Of a DNA stretch of 64,000 nt, positions 42,600 to 63,561 are shown piece by piece. Every line of letters begins with the position of its first letter. The first letter of the stretch is position 1. This DNA comes from Dictyostelium discoideum (lineage: Eukaryota). The translations under genes were made by a program, and so were the position numbers. A model generated the notes under the pieces. That model saw only the letters and a program-made list of their open reading frames with translations. It had not been told where the DNA came from and searched no databases. The DNA lies in the NCBI GenBank assembly GCA_000004695.1, contig CM000151.3, forward strand, positions 5,440,001 to 5,504,000, written 5' to 3'.

Positions 42600-42952
42600 A
42601 TTTTTTAAAAATTAGATATAATCAAGGTGAAGAAACATCATCACATTTTGATTATTTTAATCCATTAACAACAAATGGATCAATGAAAATTGGATTATAT
42701 GGGCAACGTGTTTGTACTATTTTAATGTATTTATGTGATGTTGAAGAGGGTGGTGAAACAACATTTCCAGAGGTTGGAATTAAAGTTAAACCAATTAAAG
42801 GTGATGCTGTTTTATTTTATAATTGTAAACCAAATGGTGATGTTGATCCACTTTCACTTCATCAAGGTGATCCTGTACTTAAAGGTAATAAATGGGTTGC
42901 TATCAAATTAATTAATCAAAAAAGTAAGGAAACTGGAACACCAACTCAATAA
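42191..42952 (+). CDS. Prolyl 4-hydroxylase-like 2-oxoglutarate/Fe(II) oxygenase of about 223 aa. Exons: 42191..42519, 42616..42952.
   Basis: Exon 2 carries the P4H core: HFDYF...RVCTILMYLCDVEEGGETTFPEVGIKVKPIKGDAVLFYN...LHQGDPVLKGNKWVAIKLI. This gives the H-x-D...H iron triad and the basic residue that binds 2OG. The donor is AG|GTAAAT, the acceptor aaaattag|A, phase 2, with a 96-nt intron. Confidence 0.78.
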
Positions 42953-43234
42953 ATATTTAGATTTTTTTTTAAATTAGTGATAACATTTTAAAATAAAAAA
43001 AAAAAAAAAAAATAAAATTAATTATTAATAATAATAATAATAATAATTAATTAATTAAAAAATAGAAAATAAAAATAAAAATATTAAACAATAATAATTC
43101 AATTATATAATTAATTTTGTAATTTTTTTTATTTTATTTTATTTTTTTTTTTTTAAATATTTTTTTTTTTTTTTATTTATTTATTTATTTGTTTTTTTTT
43201 TTTTTTTTTTAAATATATTATTATTATTATTTAT

Positions 43235-48130
<4,896 letters not shown>

Positions 48131-48650
48131 TATATATTTAATATACAGTGAATGAGTATTTTATTTTGAAAAAAAAAAAAAAAAAAAAAAAAAAAAGGTT
48201 TTAAAAAATAAAAAAAAAAGAAATCAATTAAAAAACAAAAAAAAATGAAAATTTTTCAAAAAATTCATTAATATTTTTTTATTTATTTATTTTATAGAAT
48301 AATGTTTTTAAATAAAGATAAAAAAGGTTATTATTTTAAAAAATTGAATTTTTTTTTTTTAAAAAAATGATTATTTTTATTTTTTAATTTTATTTTTTTT
48401 TTATTTTTTTTTTATTAAATTCACTTTTTAATTTTTTTTTTTATAGTTTAAAAGATATTTTAATTTTTTTTTATCCAAAAAAAGAAATTTTTCTTTTTTT
48501 TTTTTTTTTTTTTTTTTTTTTGTTTTTTATTTTTATTTATTTTTTTTAAAAATAAACTATTTAAAGAAAATTATATTTTTCTTTTTTTTTTTTTTTTTTT
48601 TTTTTTATTGTTTCTTTAAAAAAAGTAATAATTAAAAAAAAAAAATTAAA

Positions 48651-49135
48651 ATGGAATTAAATAAAAGTGAAATTAAAATGGCAACAAATATTGAGCCATT
48701 AAAAGAACAAGAAAATGAATTAAATGAAAAATTAAAGAAAACCACAATTAGTAAAACTGGAAAAAATAATAAATTGAAAAAAAATGAAAAGAAATTAAAT
48801 AAAAAATATAAAGGATTAAAATGGAAAAAAACAATTAAAAAGTTTGTAAAAGATTACCCAGATGGTTCAATTCCAGTTGATGATTTAAGAAAAATGGTTA
48901 TCTCTAAACAATTATCAAGAATTGAAAAAGATTTAAAAATCATTTTCAATGAAAAGGTAAAAATAAAAAATAAAAAAAATAAAACTAAATAAAAATTATA
49001 CTAATTATTTAAAATTTTTTTTTTTTTTTTTTTTTTTATTAAACAATTTTTTTATTATAGATTCAAGAACCAACAAAAATGTATGCACTTGTTGGTCATG
49101 AAGTAAAAAGATTACAATTTTTCCCAAAACAATAA
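48651..49135 (+). CDS. Small Lys-rich basic protein of about 126 aa. Exons: 48651..48956, 49061..49135.
   Basis: ORF 48651..48992 reads into the donor GAA AAG|GTAAAA at 48957. The acceptor tttattatag|ATT at 49060 continues IQEPTKMYALVGHEVKRLQFFPKQ* in phase 0. Function unknown; the composition is nucleolar-like and basic. Confidence 0.45.
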
Positions 49136-49206
49136 AAAAATAAAAAATAAAAAAACAAACTTTTCAATTCTTAATTTTTTTAAAATATATAGTATCATTA
49201 TTATTA

Positions 49207-49417
<211 letters not shown>

Positions 49418-49683
49418 TTAATTAGTTATTTGATTAATTTTCATTAAGGAAATAAAAAAAATTAATATTTTATTTATGAATTTTAATTTTGAAAATGCAA
49501 GCAATTATTTTGATTTTGAAAATACAAGTATTATTATAATAAAACTTGTATTTTAAAATAAAAAAAAGTAATTATTATTTTTGTTTAGATTTAAAAACAG
49601 ATTTAATGCATTGAATTTAGAATTTTTAATGTTTAAATATAGAATCGAACCTGTATTTTATTGAAAATTCAATAAAAACCTGT

Positions 49684-49764
49684 TGTTGGCGGCGAGATTC
49701 GAACTCGCGAAGCCGAAGCATAAGAACTTGAGTCTTACCCATTTGACCACTCTGGTACGCCAAC
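49684..49764 (-). tRNA. tRNA-Leu (anticodon CAA), type II with a long variable arm, copy A.
   Basis: The reverse complement is GTTGGCG TA CCAGAGTGGTCAAATGGG TAAGA CTCAAGT TCTTA TGCTTCGGCTTC GCGAGTTCGAATCTCGC CGCCAAC A. It has a 7-bp acceptor stem, a 5-bp anticodon stem with loop CTCAAGT, a T-arm GCGAG/TTCGAAT/CTCGC and discriminator A. An oligo-T terminator follows (plus 49674..49678) and a downstream exB-like GGTTCGATTCT lies at plus 49641..49651. There is no intron. Confidence 0.7.
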
Positions 49765-50251
49765 GAAAATATATGGTTTTTTCCCACAGTAATAGCTGTT
49801 TTCGATTCAAAAAAATGATCTTTTTGGGAACATAATCGTTTAAACTAAACCGCATTATCCCCACTTCTTTCAAATGTTATTTTCTTTTATTTTGATCCAG
49901 AAAAAAAAAAAAATTCAAAAAGAAAAAAAAGAAAAGAAAAAGAAAAGAAAAGAAAAGAAATGGGAAAAAAAGAAATAATTATTTTTATTTCTTATTATTT
50001 CTAAAAAAAACTTTGCAAAAGATTTTAAAAAATGAGTTCAGAAACAATAAATAAATAAAAACACAAAAATCAATAAAAAAGATTAATAAAATAATGCTGA
50101 AAAACAATAAAAGTAATAAAATAAATTTAATATAAAATTTAATAAAAGCCAATAAATTAAAATATATATATTTTTAATTTTATTTTGAAATTTCATTTGA
50201 TTTTTGTTCAAATTAAAGTGAATTATTTTTACAATTCATTTGTTATTATTT

Positions 50252-50299
<48 letters not shown>

Positions 50300-50959
50300 T
50301 AAAAAATTGCATTTTATTATTTCTATCATTAAAATTTTATTTCGATTTCAAAGAAATTTATAGTTTTATCTAGAACATAGTCAATACTATTTTCACTTTT
50401 TATTATATTTATTTTTATCTTAATTTAAATGAGATTTAAATTTTATTATTAAAAAAAATCTTTTTTTCAATTTTTTTTTTTAATTTTAGACATATTTTAT
50501 TTTCTTCTTTTTTCTTTGAAATTATATTTAACAAACACATGTTTCAAATAGTAAAATTTTTTCAAATTTTTTTTTTTTTTTTTTATTATTATAATTTATT
50601 TTTTTTATTATTACATTTTATCTTTTTTTTTATTACATTTTTTTTTTTTTTTTTTAAAATATATTATTATTATTATTATTTTATTGTTTCATTTCGAAGA
50701 AACAAATTTTAAAAAAATTTTATTACTTTTTTGTTTTTAAAATAAATTGATGTAATGTTTGTGAATTAATTTTTATAAATATGAATAATTTTTTTTGGGA
50801 AATATTAATTATCAGAGGATCCAAATAATGAAAAAGAAGAGCAAGAATATCTAATAAATAATATTTAAGATGTTGGGGCTTCTAATTATATTAATACAAG
50901 ATCCCATCAAAATATTTATGATAATTTTTATAATTTGATATAAATAATAAAATAAACAA

Positions 50960-51672
50960 TGTGGTAAATAATATTCAAACTACCATTTCATCTTTACCAT
51001 TATCTCTATTATCACCATTATCATCATCATCATCTACATCATTAGCATTATCAACCGTTTCATCTTTACCATATATGTCAAAAAGATTCACCTTTTCGTG
51101 AAGATTATCAGCAGGTGGAGTACCAGAGTGGTTAAAAAGAGCCATCATTACCATGGAATTCAAAGGGTAAAGTTTCAGAGTGGTCAAAAAGAACCATCAT
51201 TACAATGTAAATCCTTTATGAGAGGAAACTGTTTATTCACACAAGATTAAAATAATAAAAAATGGTATTGAACATAAATGATAATTTAGAGTAGGCATAA
51301 TTTTTTTATATATAATCATATACTATTTTATGATTTATAAATCTTACTAACACTTTTAATATTTTAATTTTTTTTTTTTTTTAAATGAAAAACACCAGGA
51401 TTGGAATTGAAATTCTAGTTGAAATTGTAAATGAAATTGCAATTTGAATTGTAATTTAAAGTCTCAATTACAATTACAATTTCAATTGAAAGTTTCAATT
51501 ACACTCAAATACAATTTCATTTACAATTTCGACCAGAATTTCACTCCAATCCTGGTGGTTGTCCCATTTTTTTTTGAATGGAATAACGAAATTTTTAGTT
51601 GCTTCTTCTTGAGATATAACTCATTTTATTAATTTTCTTATTAGATATTACAGGTGCCTTTTAAGGTTGTAT

Positions 51673-51730
<58 letters not shown>

Positions 51731-52109
51731 GTTGAGGGTGTAGAGTGTGTTTAGTGACGTAATATATTTGTTGAGGTTTGATGGTAGTGCTACTGTGTGT
51801 AGTGGTGAGTTCCAGTGTTTGCTAAATCTTTCGAGTTGTAGGGAGATGATGTTTTTGAATTTTTTTATTTGTTCGTTGTTGGGTGCTTTTTTTTCTTGTC
51901 TGATTAGTTTGTATATGTTGTTTTTTGTTCTTTCCCAGGCTGCTGTTTGAGTTTTCTTTAGTTCGTGTACTAGTAGTTGTTTTCTTAAGTTTTTGAGTGT
52001 TATTCCTTCGTGGATTTTCTTGTTTCTTCTTCTCCAGATGTTTTCGCAAATAATGGCTATGGCGTTGGCTGTTAATGGAATGTCTAGTCTGTTGAAGATT
52101 TCTATTCCC

Positions 52110-52163
<54 letters not shown>

Positions 52164-52520
52164 TTATTTATAGAAAATACTGAGTGAATTATTGTATTTT
52201 TTGAGATGTTTAGGAAGTTCTATTGCGTGAAGAGGTGAGTTCCATTGTCTGTTAAATTGTAATAGCTTTAGCGAGATTAGTGAGTCTAATTTATTTTGTT
52301 CTTCTGGCCGTTGCTTTGATTTGATTCTTAATGTTTTGTTTATAACCGCTTGTGTCCTGTCCCATGCAGCTCTTTGTGTTTTAATTAGTTCAAGTATGAC
52401 TTGTTGTCTGTGAATTATTATTTCTTTTTCATCGTGAATGAGTTTGTTTCTTTTGTGCCATGTGGTTGTCCCTTTTTTTTTTTTTTTTTTTTTTTGAATT
52501 GGCATGTGGTTGTCCCATTA
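50960..52520. mobile_element. Complex repeat cluster immediately upstream of tRNA-Leu copy B. It contains two diverged copies of a poly(A)-tailed, retroelement-like unit of about 350 to 400 bp on the minus strand (bodies about 51728..52110 and 52163..52470, with poly-T tails on the plus strand at 51667..51727 and 52111..52162). There are three copies of the 5'-terminal motif GTGGTTGTCCC (51552, 52472, 52505). Tandem partial duplications of the tRNA-B 5' leader plus D-arm lie at 51118..51190.
   Basis: Local composition shifts from about 80% AT to G+T-rich. The two unit bodies align at roughly 70 to 75% identity (for example GTGAGTTCCAGTGTTTGCTAAAT against GTGAGTTCCATTGTCTGTTAAAT). Each is followed, on the minus strand, by an oligo-A tract. 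The whole cluster ends about 45 bp upstream of the tRNA, the classic position of tRNA-targeted TRE5-type insertions in Dictyostelium. Assignment to a known element family is not possible by eye. Confidence 0.45.
51391..51552. repeat. Long imperfect inverted repeat (foldback) of about 160 bp with arms of about 80 bp, CCAGGATTGGAATTGAAATTCTAGTTGAAATTGTAAATGAAATTG... against ...CAATTTCATTTACAATTTCGACCAGAATTTCACTCCAATCCTGG. It abuts one GTGGTTGTCCC plus oligo-T junction.
   Basis: The reverse complement of 51476..51552 matches 51391..51470 at more than 85%. Confidence 0.5.
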
Positions 52521-52550
52521 AAAGAGCCATCATTACAATGGATTTCAAAG

Positions 52551-52631
52551 GGTAAAGTACCAGAGTGGTCAAATGGGTAAGACTCAAGTTCTTATGCTTC
52601 GGCTTCGCGAGTTCGAATCTCGCCTTTATCA
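52551..52631 (+). tRNA. tRNA-Leu (anticodon CAA), type II, copy B. The internal 66 nt are identical to copy A but the acceptor stem is completely different (GGTAAAG/CTTTATC).
   Basis: GGTAAAG TA CCAGAGTGGTCAAATGGG TAAGA CTCAAGT TCTTA TGCTTCGGCTTC GCGAGTTCGAATCTCGC CTTTATC A, followed by ACAGTTTTT (terminator at 52636..52640). The acceptor pairs 7/7, with G2:U71. Confidence 0.65.
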
Positions 52632-52722
52632 ACAGTTTTTAAAGTTTTCACAGTTTGGACTTGTTTTAAAAAAAAAATCTTCCACATATTTTGAATTCAC
52701 TAGAAATTTTTTATAATAATCG

Positions 52723-52759
<37 letters not shown>

Positions 52760-53094
52760 AATTAAATATTACTTTAAATGTATTTTTTAAGTAAATAGAG
52801 AATGAATTAATTTATAATAGATTTCTTTTTAAAAAAAAAAATAAAATTAAATAAAAAAAAAACAATGTTTTCGTTTATGTTTTATTTCGGTTTTTTTAAT
52901 TTATTTTTTATTTTTTTTTCACGAAAATTTTATTTTTTTTTTTTAATTTTTTATTTTTTAAATACAATTTTTTTTTTTAATTTTTTTTTTAAAATTTTTT
53001 TATTTAATTTTTTTTTAAAGAAATAAACTCCTCCTAATCACCATTTATATATATATATTGATATTTATTAATCGTAAAACAATATCATAAATTC

Positions 53095-54702
53095 ATGAGT
53101 GATAGTAGCGAATTTTTAGAAAAACATCAACAAGATATATTAAATCAATTAAATAATCTCAAAGAGAAAATCGAAAATTTAGAAAATAAAATGGAAACCA
53201 TTGAAGATACTCAAGTTCAACAACCAACCGAAGAAATCACACAAATTAAAGATGATATTATTGTAGTCGATGATGCTCAAAAAACAATTGAACAAGAAGA
53301 AATTAAAAAAGAAGAACCTGAAAATGATGAATCATCAGAAGAAATTACTCAACAACAACAACAAGTAGAAGAACAAGAAGAAGTTAAGCAAGAAGAGCCA
53401 GTTGTTGAACAACAACAAAAAGAAGATGAAATTAAACAAGAAGAACCAATTGTTGAAGAACCAATTGTTGAGGAACCAATTGTTGAGCAACAACAAGAAG
53501 AGGAAGTTAAACAAGAAGAACCAATTGTTGAAGAACCAATCGTTGAGGAACCAATTGTTGAACAACAAGTAGAAGAAATTAAACAAGACGAACCAATTGT
53601 TAAAGAACCAATTGTTGAACAACAAGAAGAAAAAGAAGAAGAAGAAGTAAAACAAACACAAGAAGAAACTACAACTGTTACAGAATCAGTTGTGGTCACT
53701 GAAACTGTTATTACTGAAGAAGAGAAAAATGAAACTACTATTACTACTGCTACTACCACTACCACCACTACCGAACAACCAACTATTGAACAACAACAAC
53801 AAGAAGAGGAAGAATCAAGACCAGTTATTGAATCTGAACCAATTGTTGTTGTTGAAGCAACTGAACAACCAACAGTTGAAGAAGAATCCGATGAAGAAGA
53901 TAAAAAAGAAACTAATGAAAATGATAAATCATCATCCAATGATAATAATAATAATAATAACGATAAACAAGAAGAACAAAAAGAACAAACAAATGGTAAA
54001 AATGAAAAAGATGAAGAAGAAGAAAAAGAAAAAGATAATAAAAAAGATAAAGAAGAAGAAGAAGTTGAAAAAGAGGATGAAAATATATTATCACAAGCAG
54101 AATTAGCAAACTTTTATAAACTTGAAGGTAATGAATACTTTAAACATAATATTTACTTTGATGCAATCGAAAGTTATTCAAAAGCCATTTCAATTAAACC
54201 ATCACATCTCTTGTATAGTAATAGATCAATTTCATATTATAAATTTGGATTATTTGCTGAATCACTTCAAGATGCATTGGAATCAATTAAATTGGAAGCT
54301 AATTGGGTTAAAGGTTATCATAGAGCTGGTCAAGCTTTAGAAAAATTAAATCAAAAAGATGAAGCCATCAAATATTATGAAAAAGGTCTTTTAATTGAAC
54401 CAGATCATCAACCAATGAGAGATGCTTTAGATAGTATTTTAAATGTTGGTAAAGAAGATCAAAAAGGTGAAAATACTTCCTCTGATAGTGAATCAGATAG
54501 TGAATCAGATAGTGAAGAAGAAAGTGAATCTGATTCAGAATCTGATTCAGACTCTGACGACTCTGACGATGATGATGATAACACTTCAAATCAAAATAAA
54601 TCTATCGTACCATATGGACCTGTTGCTAAAGTGGCAATTGCAACTTCAATTGTTGGTGCAATTGCTCTTGGTTTCTATCTTATAACTAAATTAAAAAAAT
54701 AA
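53095..54702 (+). CDS. Acidic TPR-repeat protein with a C-terminal transmembrane tail anchor, 535 aa.
   Basis: It has an N-terminal coiled region. Glu/Pro/Ile/Val repeats (EEPIVEEPIVEQQ, about 8 copies) are encoded by DNA repeats of 30 to 60 bp. Three TPR units lie in AELANFYKLEGNEYFKHNIYFDAIESYSKAISIKPSHLLYSNRSISYYKFGLFAESLQDALESIKLEANWVKGYHRAGQALEKLNQKDEAIKYYEKGLLIEPDH. These are followed by the poly-acidic run SDSESDSESD...DDDDD and a C-terminal TM helix VAKVAIATSIVGAIALGFYLITKLKK. Confidence 0.78.
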   Translation: MSDSSEFLEKHQQDILNQLNNLKEKIENLENKMETIEDTQVQQPTEEITQIKDDIIVVDDAQKTIEQEEIKKEEPENDESSEEITQQQQQVEEQEEVKQEEPVVEQQQKEDEIKQEEPIVEEPIVEEPIVEQQQEEEVKQEEPIVEEPIVEEPIVEQQVEEIKQDEPIVKEPIVEQQEEKEEEEVKQTQEETTTVTESVVVTETVITEEEKNETTITTATTTTTTTEQPTIEQQQQEEEESRPVIESEPIVVVEATEQPTVEEESDEEDKKETNENDKSSSNDNNNNNNDKQEEQKEQTNGKNEKDEEEEKEKDNKKDKEEEEVEKEDENILSQAELANFYKLEGNEYFKHNIYFDAIESYSKAISIKPSHLLYSNRSISYYKFGLFAESLQDALESIKLEANWVKGYHRAGQALEKLNQKDEAIKYYEKGLLIEPDHQPMRDALDSILNVGKEDQKGENTSSDSESDSESDSEEESESDSESDSDSDDSDDDDDNTSNQNKSIVPYGPVAKVAIATSIVGAIALGFYLITKLKK

Positions 54703-55059
54703 ATTTTAAAATAAATTTTAAAAAAACTTTTTTTTAAAATAATTAAAATAAAAAAAATAAATAAATAAATAAAAAAATAAAAAAATAAAAAAAATAAATA
54801 AATAAAAAATAATAATAAACTCAATGAGAATATTATTGTTTTTTTTTTTTTATTTCTATAAATGATAGTTTGTTTAATAATAATAATAACAATAATAATA
54901 ATAATAATAATTTTTTTTTTTTTTTTTATAATTTAAATATTAAACTTTTTTATTTATTTTATTACAGTGATAATTATTTGTTTTAAAATCATTATTATTT
55001 TATTTTTTTTTTTTTAAAAAATATTGTAGTTATTTTTTTTATTTATTTTATTTTTTGTT

Positions 55060-59588
<4,529 letters not shown>

Positions 59589-60199
59589 TAATTAAATTTT
59601 AAAAAAATTTATTATAAAAATAAAATTTTTTAAAAAAAAAAAAAATAAATAATATATATAAAAATACAAATTGTTTTTTCTTGTTTTTGTTTTTGTTTTT
59701 GTTTTAGTTTTTGTTTTTTAGTTTTAGTTTTTGTTTTATCTATTAAACATTAAAAATAAAACTAATTCGCTTTTTTTTTTTTTTTTTTTTGTTTTTTTTA
59801 ATTATGATAATTGTGACCAAAAAAAAAAAAAAAGAAAAAAAATTTAAAAAAAAAAATTTAAAAAAAATAAAATTAAAAAAAAAAAGCACATATGTAATGG
59901 ATTGATCATCACCACTTACCAAAGTATTTTATGGTGGTTAAAATTTTTTTTTTTTTTAAATCTTTTTTACTATTTATACATTTTGTTTATTAAAATCTTT
60001 AAAAAATTAATTTAATTTAAAATTAAATAAAAAAAATAAGAAATAAAAAAAAAACAAAAAATAATAATCTTCACAATTGTTTTTATAATTATTAACCATT
60101 CATTTTTTTTTTTTTTTTTTATAACTCAAAATAACACCAATTTTGATAATAATTAATAATAAATATTTTTTAAACAAAAAAAAAAAACAAAAAAAAAAA

Positions 60200-60237
<38 letters not shown>

Positions 60238-61703
60238 TTTTTTTGGTCAAAATTTTTATTTAATTATTAACCTTTCATTTTTGTAATTATGAGGAACAAC
60301 TAGAAGGAATATATATTTAAAATTTTTTTATTGGGTTCCTAAAATTGAATTTAAACCAAATAAACCCAATAATTGACTTTTCCTTAATTTTCCAACAAAA
60401 AGGTTTGATTTTGTAATTTCTAAATCCGCTATAATTTTATTACTTTTTGAAATATTTTTTATAAACTGTAAACTAGATTTATAATGTTTTAAAAAGAAAA
60501 ATTGTTTTTTTTTAATTTCAGTTACTATTTGATTTTCAATTTTATTACTAATTGTTTTAACAAATTTTAATTGAAATAATATTAAAAGTATATCAGCTTG
60601 AATTGTTAAATAATATCAATAATCCTCTGGTTCATTGTTAATTACTTCCTGCTCTTTGCTTTTATGCTGATCTTAAATTGTGAAAAGGAAAAAAGAAAAA
60701 TTAATTAGCAAAAAAGACTTTACTTTCACTATTTATTTATATGGTTTTGTTTTCTTTTATATTTAAAAATAAAATTTAGTTTGATCATAAAAAAAAAAAA
60801 AAAAACCATCTGTTATTTTATTTTATTTTTTTATTTTTATAAAAATATTCTGTGTAAAAACGATTAATGTTTAAGGTGGTTAACTTACCCATTAAGATAA
60901 ATAATTAAATAATATTAAAAGATTTTTATATGTTAATGAAAAATAAAAAAGAAAATAAATAATATATAAATAATTTCTACAAAGATTATAATATTAAAAA
61001 GATTGTCAAATACTTTTAGAGTAGTGCAAAAAAAAAAAAATTAATAAAAATAACACAAAAAAAAAAAAAACAAAAAAAAAAAAAAAAAAAATTGATATTA
61101 TAATTTATTTTTATTTATTTATTAATTTATTTTTAGTGGTAGTGGTAATGAGATTAGAAGAAAAGAAGAAGATTAATTTTTAATAATAAAGAAAAAAAAA
61201 TACTAAATTTTTTTTTTTAATATCAAAAACTATCAATTTAACCCAAACAATAAAAAAACTATTTTTAAACAGTTATTTTAACAATTCACTTTCAAATTTA
61301 CACCATTTTTTTTTTTTTTTTTTTTTTTGATTTTTTTTAATTTTTTTTTTTTATTTTTTGCTCAAACTTTTATATTTTGTTCCCTTTGTGAAAATAAAAT
61401 AAAAAATTAAAGAAATATCGAAAAAACGAAAATAATAACAATATTATTATTAATAATAACAATTGTTTATCAACCAATTAAAATGGTCAATAAAATCCAA
61501 AAGACCTCATAGCTTCAATATTTTTTTATTATATCAGAACCATTGTAGTGGAACTTCTCTTTGATCATTTAATTTGTTTTAAGTTACCAAAAGCAAACAA
61601 AAATTGCTTAAATTAAAGTGATTAAAAAAAAAAAAAAAGTTTAAATAAAAAAAAAATGAAATAATAAAAATACTCTTTTTTTTAAACTATTAATTTTTAA
61701 ATT

Positions 61704-61748
<45 letters not shown>

Positions 61749-61890
61749 TGACGGTTATTAAATAAAATAAATAAAAAAATAAATAATAAAATAAATAAAA
61801 ATTAATTTACATTATCCAATTTTATTTATTTATTTATTTAATAAGTTTTATTTTTTCTTTTTTTTTTTTTTTGATTTTGTTTAATTTTAT

Positions 61891-61986
61891 TTAATTTAAT
61901 TTAATTTTATTTGATTTGATTTGATTTGATTTGATTTGATTAGATTTGATTTGATTTGATTTGATTTGATTTGACTTGATTTGATT
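61891..61986. repeat. (ATTTG)n pentanucleotide microsatellite of about 19 copies with a single interrupting variant. It is read as SNQIK repeats in spurious ORF 61891..62103.
   Basis: Read directly from the sequence. Confidence 0.9.
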
Positions 61987-62688
61987 TGATTTGATTTGAT
62001 TTGATTTTTTTTTTTTTTTTTTTTTTTTCTTAATCATTTTAATCTTTTTTCCAATTATTTCCATTTTTATAAATATGATGATCTTCCATTTTCCATTTTC
62101 CACAATAATTTGAAATTTTTTTTCTGGGAATTGGTGAAGACAAAAAAAAAGAAAAAATAAAAAAGAAAAAAGAAAAAAGAAAAAAGATAAAAGAAAAAAG
62201 AAAAAAGAAAAAAAAAAAAAAGAAAAAAAAAATAAAATAAAATAAAATAATATAATGTTATAATCTCTTTCTCATTTTTTAAAAATTTTGGTTTGATTTG
62301 GTTTTCGATAAATAAGTTTTTTACACTTTTTCTAACCCACATTAAAAATTCACCACATGGGTGAGAAAAATCTAATTTTAATATTTTTTAGGAAACATAA
62401 TTTTATAACAATCCAAGTATTTTGAATCGTATTGTAACTAAATAATTTTAAAAAAAATAAAAATAAAAACAATTGTGGTGATTTCCTCTTTTTTTTCTAA
62501 TTAAAAAAAAAAAATAATAAAAAATTAAATTTTTCATATTAGATTAATAATAATTTTTAAAAAACTATATTTAATAAATATACTTGGATTATCTTCTCTA
62601 AATTGAAAAAAAAAAAAAAAAAAAATTTTATCTGTTGATTGAATCACCATTAGGATATTGTTTTTTTTTTTTTTTTTAAGGAAATAAA

Positions 62689-62830
62689 GGAAAAAAGGAA
62701 AAGAAGGAGGAAATAAAGGAAAAAAAGGAGGAAATAAAGGAAAAAAAGGAATTTTATTTTTTTTTTGAGGAAATAAAGGGAAAAAGAGGAATTTTATTTT
62801 TTTTTTTTTGAGGAAATAAAGGAAAAAAAG
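62689..62830. repeat. Tandem repeats of about 19 to 30 bp, GGAAATAAAGGAAAAAAGGA(GG), roughly six copies. Adjacent (AAAAAG)n-like repeats lie at 62130..62225.
   Basis: Read directly from the sequence. They underlie spurious ORFs 62534..62869 and 62067..62342. Confidence 0.8.
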
Positions 62831-62984
62831 AAATTTAATATTTTCCCCCATTTCCTCCTTTTCCTTCAAAAATTATTGGATTTCAAAGGAGAAATAGAGA
62901 AAAAAGAGGAATTTGTGAGGAAATATTAAGGAAATGGAGGAAATTAAAATTTTTCATCTTATTCCTTCGTTTCCACGAATTCCT

Positions 62985-63561
62985 CTAATATTTACGGACA
63001 ACCCTGTAGACTTTTCCAGATTTATATGATTCATACAAAGCATTATCCATACAATTGACAAGATTCAATTGACTAGAAATGTCACCAAATGGATCTTTTA
63101 AATCAATAGGAAATACAACTTGTGAAATTGTTGAATTTCCTTTGACGCCGATCACGTGGCCTTCTACGGCTTTCCATTTTCTGTTACCTACTATGGCAAA
63201 ACCAGTTCTTTCAATTCTAACATTTCCTATTTCTTTTATTGTACCTTCATTTTTATAAACATTATCATAATTTAGTGCATCTAATGCTTCTTTAAAATCT
63301 TTTTAATAAATATGAATGGAAAAAAAAAAAAAAATAAAATAAATAAATAAATTAATAAATAAATTATTTTTATTAATTATATATATTATTTTGGTTTTTA
63401 TTATTAAACAAATTACCCGATTCCTTAGTAACACTATGGCCAGCATAATTTGGAATATCTCCAGCTTTTTCAATAGTGCACTTAATCATTGTTATTGCTA
63501 ATGAATAGCTTATAGACAACAAGACAATTATTAATAATAATAATAATTTATTTGGGTTCAT
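62985..63561 (-). CDS. Small secreted hypothetical protein of about 152 aa. Exons: 63561..63417, 63298..62985.
   Basis: Exon 1 encodes the signal peptide MNPNKLLLLLIIVLLSISYSLA and ends TCG G|GTAATT. The acceptor ttattaaaaag|AT continues in phase 1 as DFKEALDALNYDNVYKNEGTIKEIGNVRIERTGFAIVGNRKWKAVEGHVIGVKGNSTISQVVFPIDLKDPFGDISSQLNLVNCMDNALYESYKSGKVYRVVRKY*. That 104-codon open frame is not in the ORF track because it has no ATG. Confidence 0.5.

Noticed and set aside
49658-49873. Minus-strand 71-aa ORF.
   Set aside because: It overlaps tRNA-Leu copy A and its leader, and is a translation of tRNA sequence.
50975-52632. ORFs sharing LYPL(N/K)S(M/I)VMMAL, plus Lys/Thr-rich ORFs in the repeat cluster.
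   Set aside because: The shared peptide is just the reverse translation of the repeated tRNA-leader unit AGAGCCATCATTACAATGGA. The Lys-rich ORFs read across oligo-A tails. None has evidence of being a retroelement gag or RT.
53335-54685. Overlapping ORFs on both strands inside the TPR-protein gene.
   Set aside because: They are antisense or out-of-frame translations of GAA-rich acidic repeats. The plus-strand 535-codon ORF has clear TPR and TM features.
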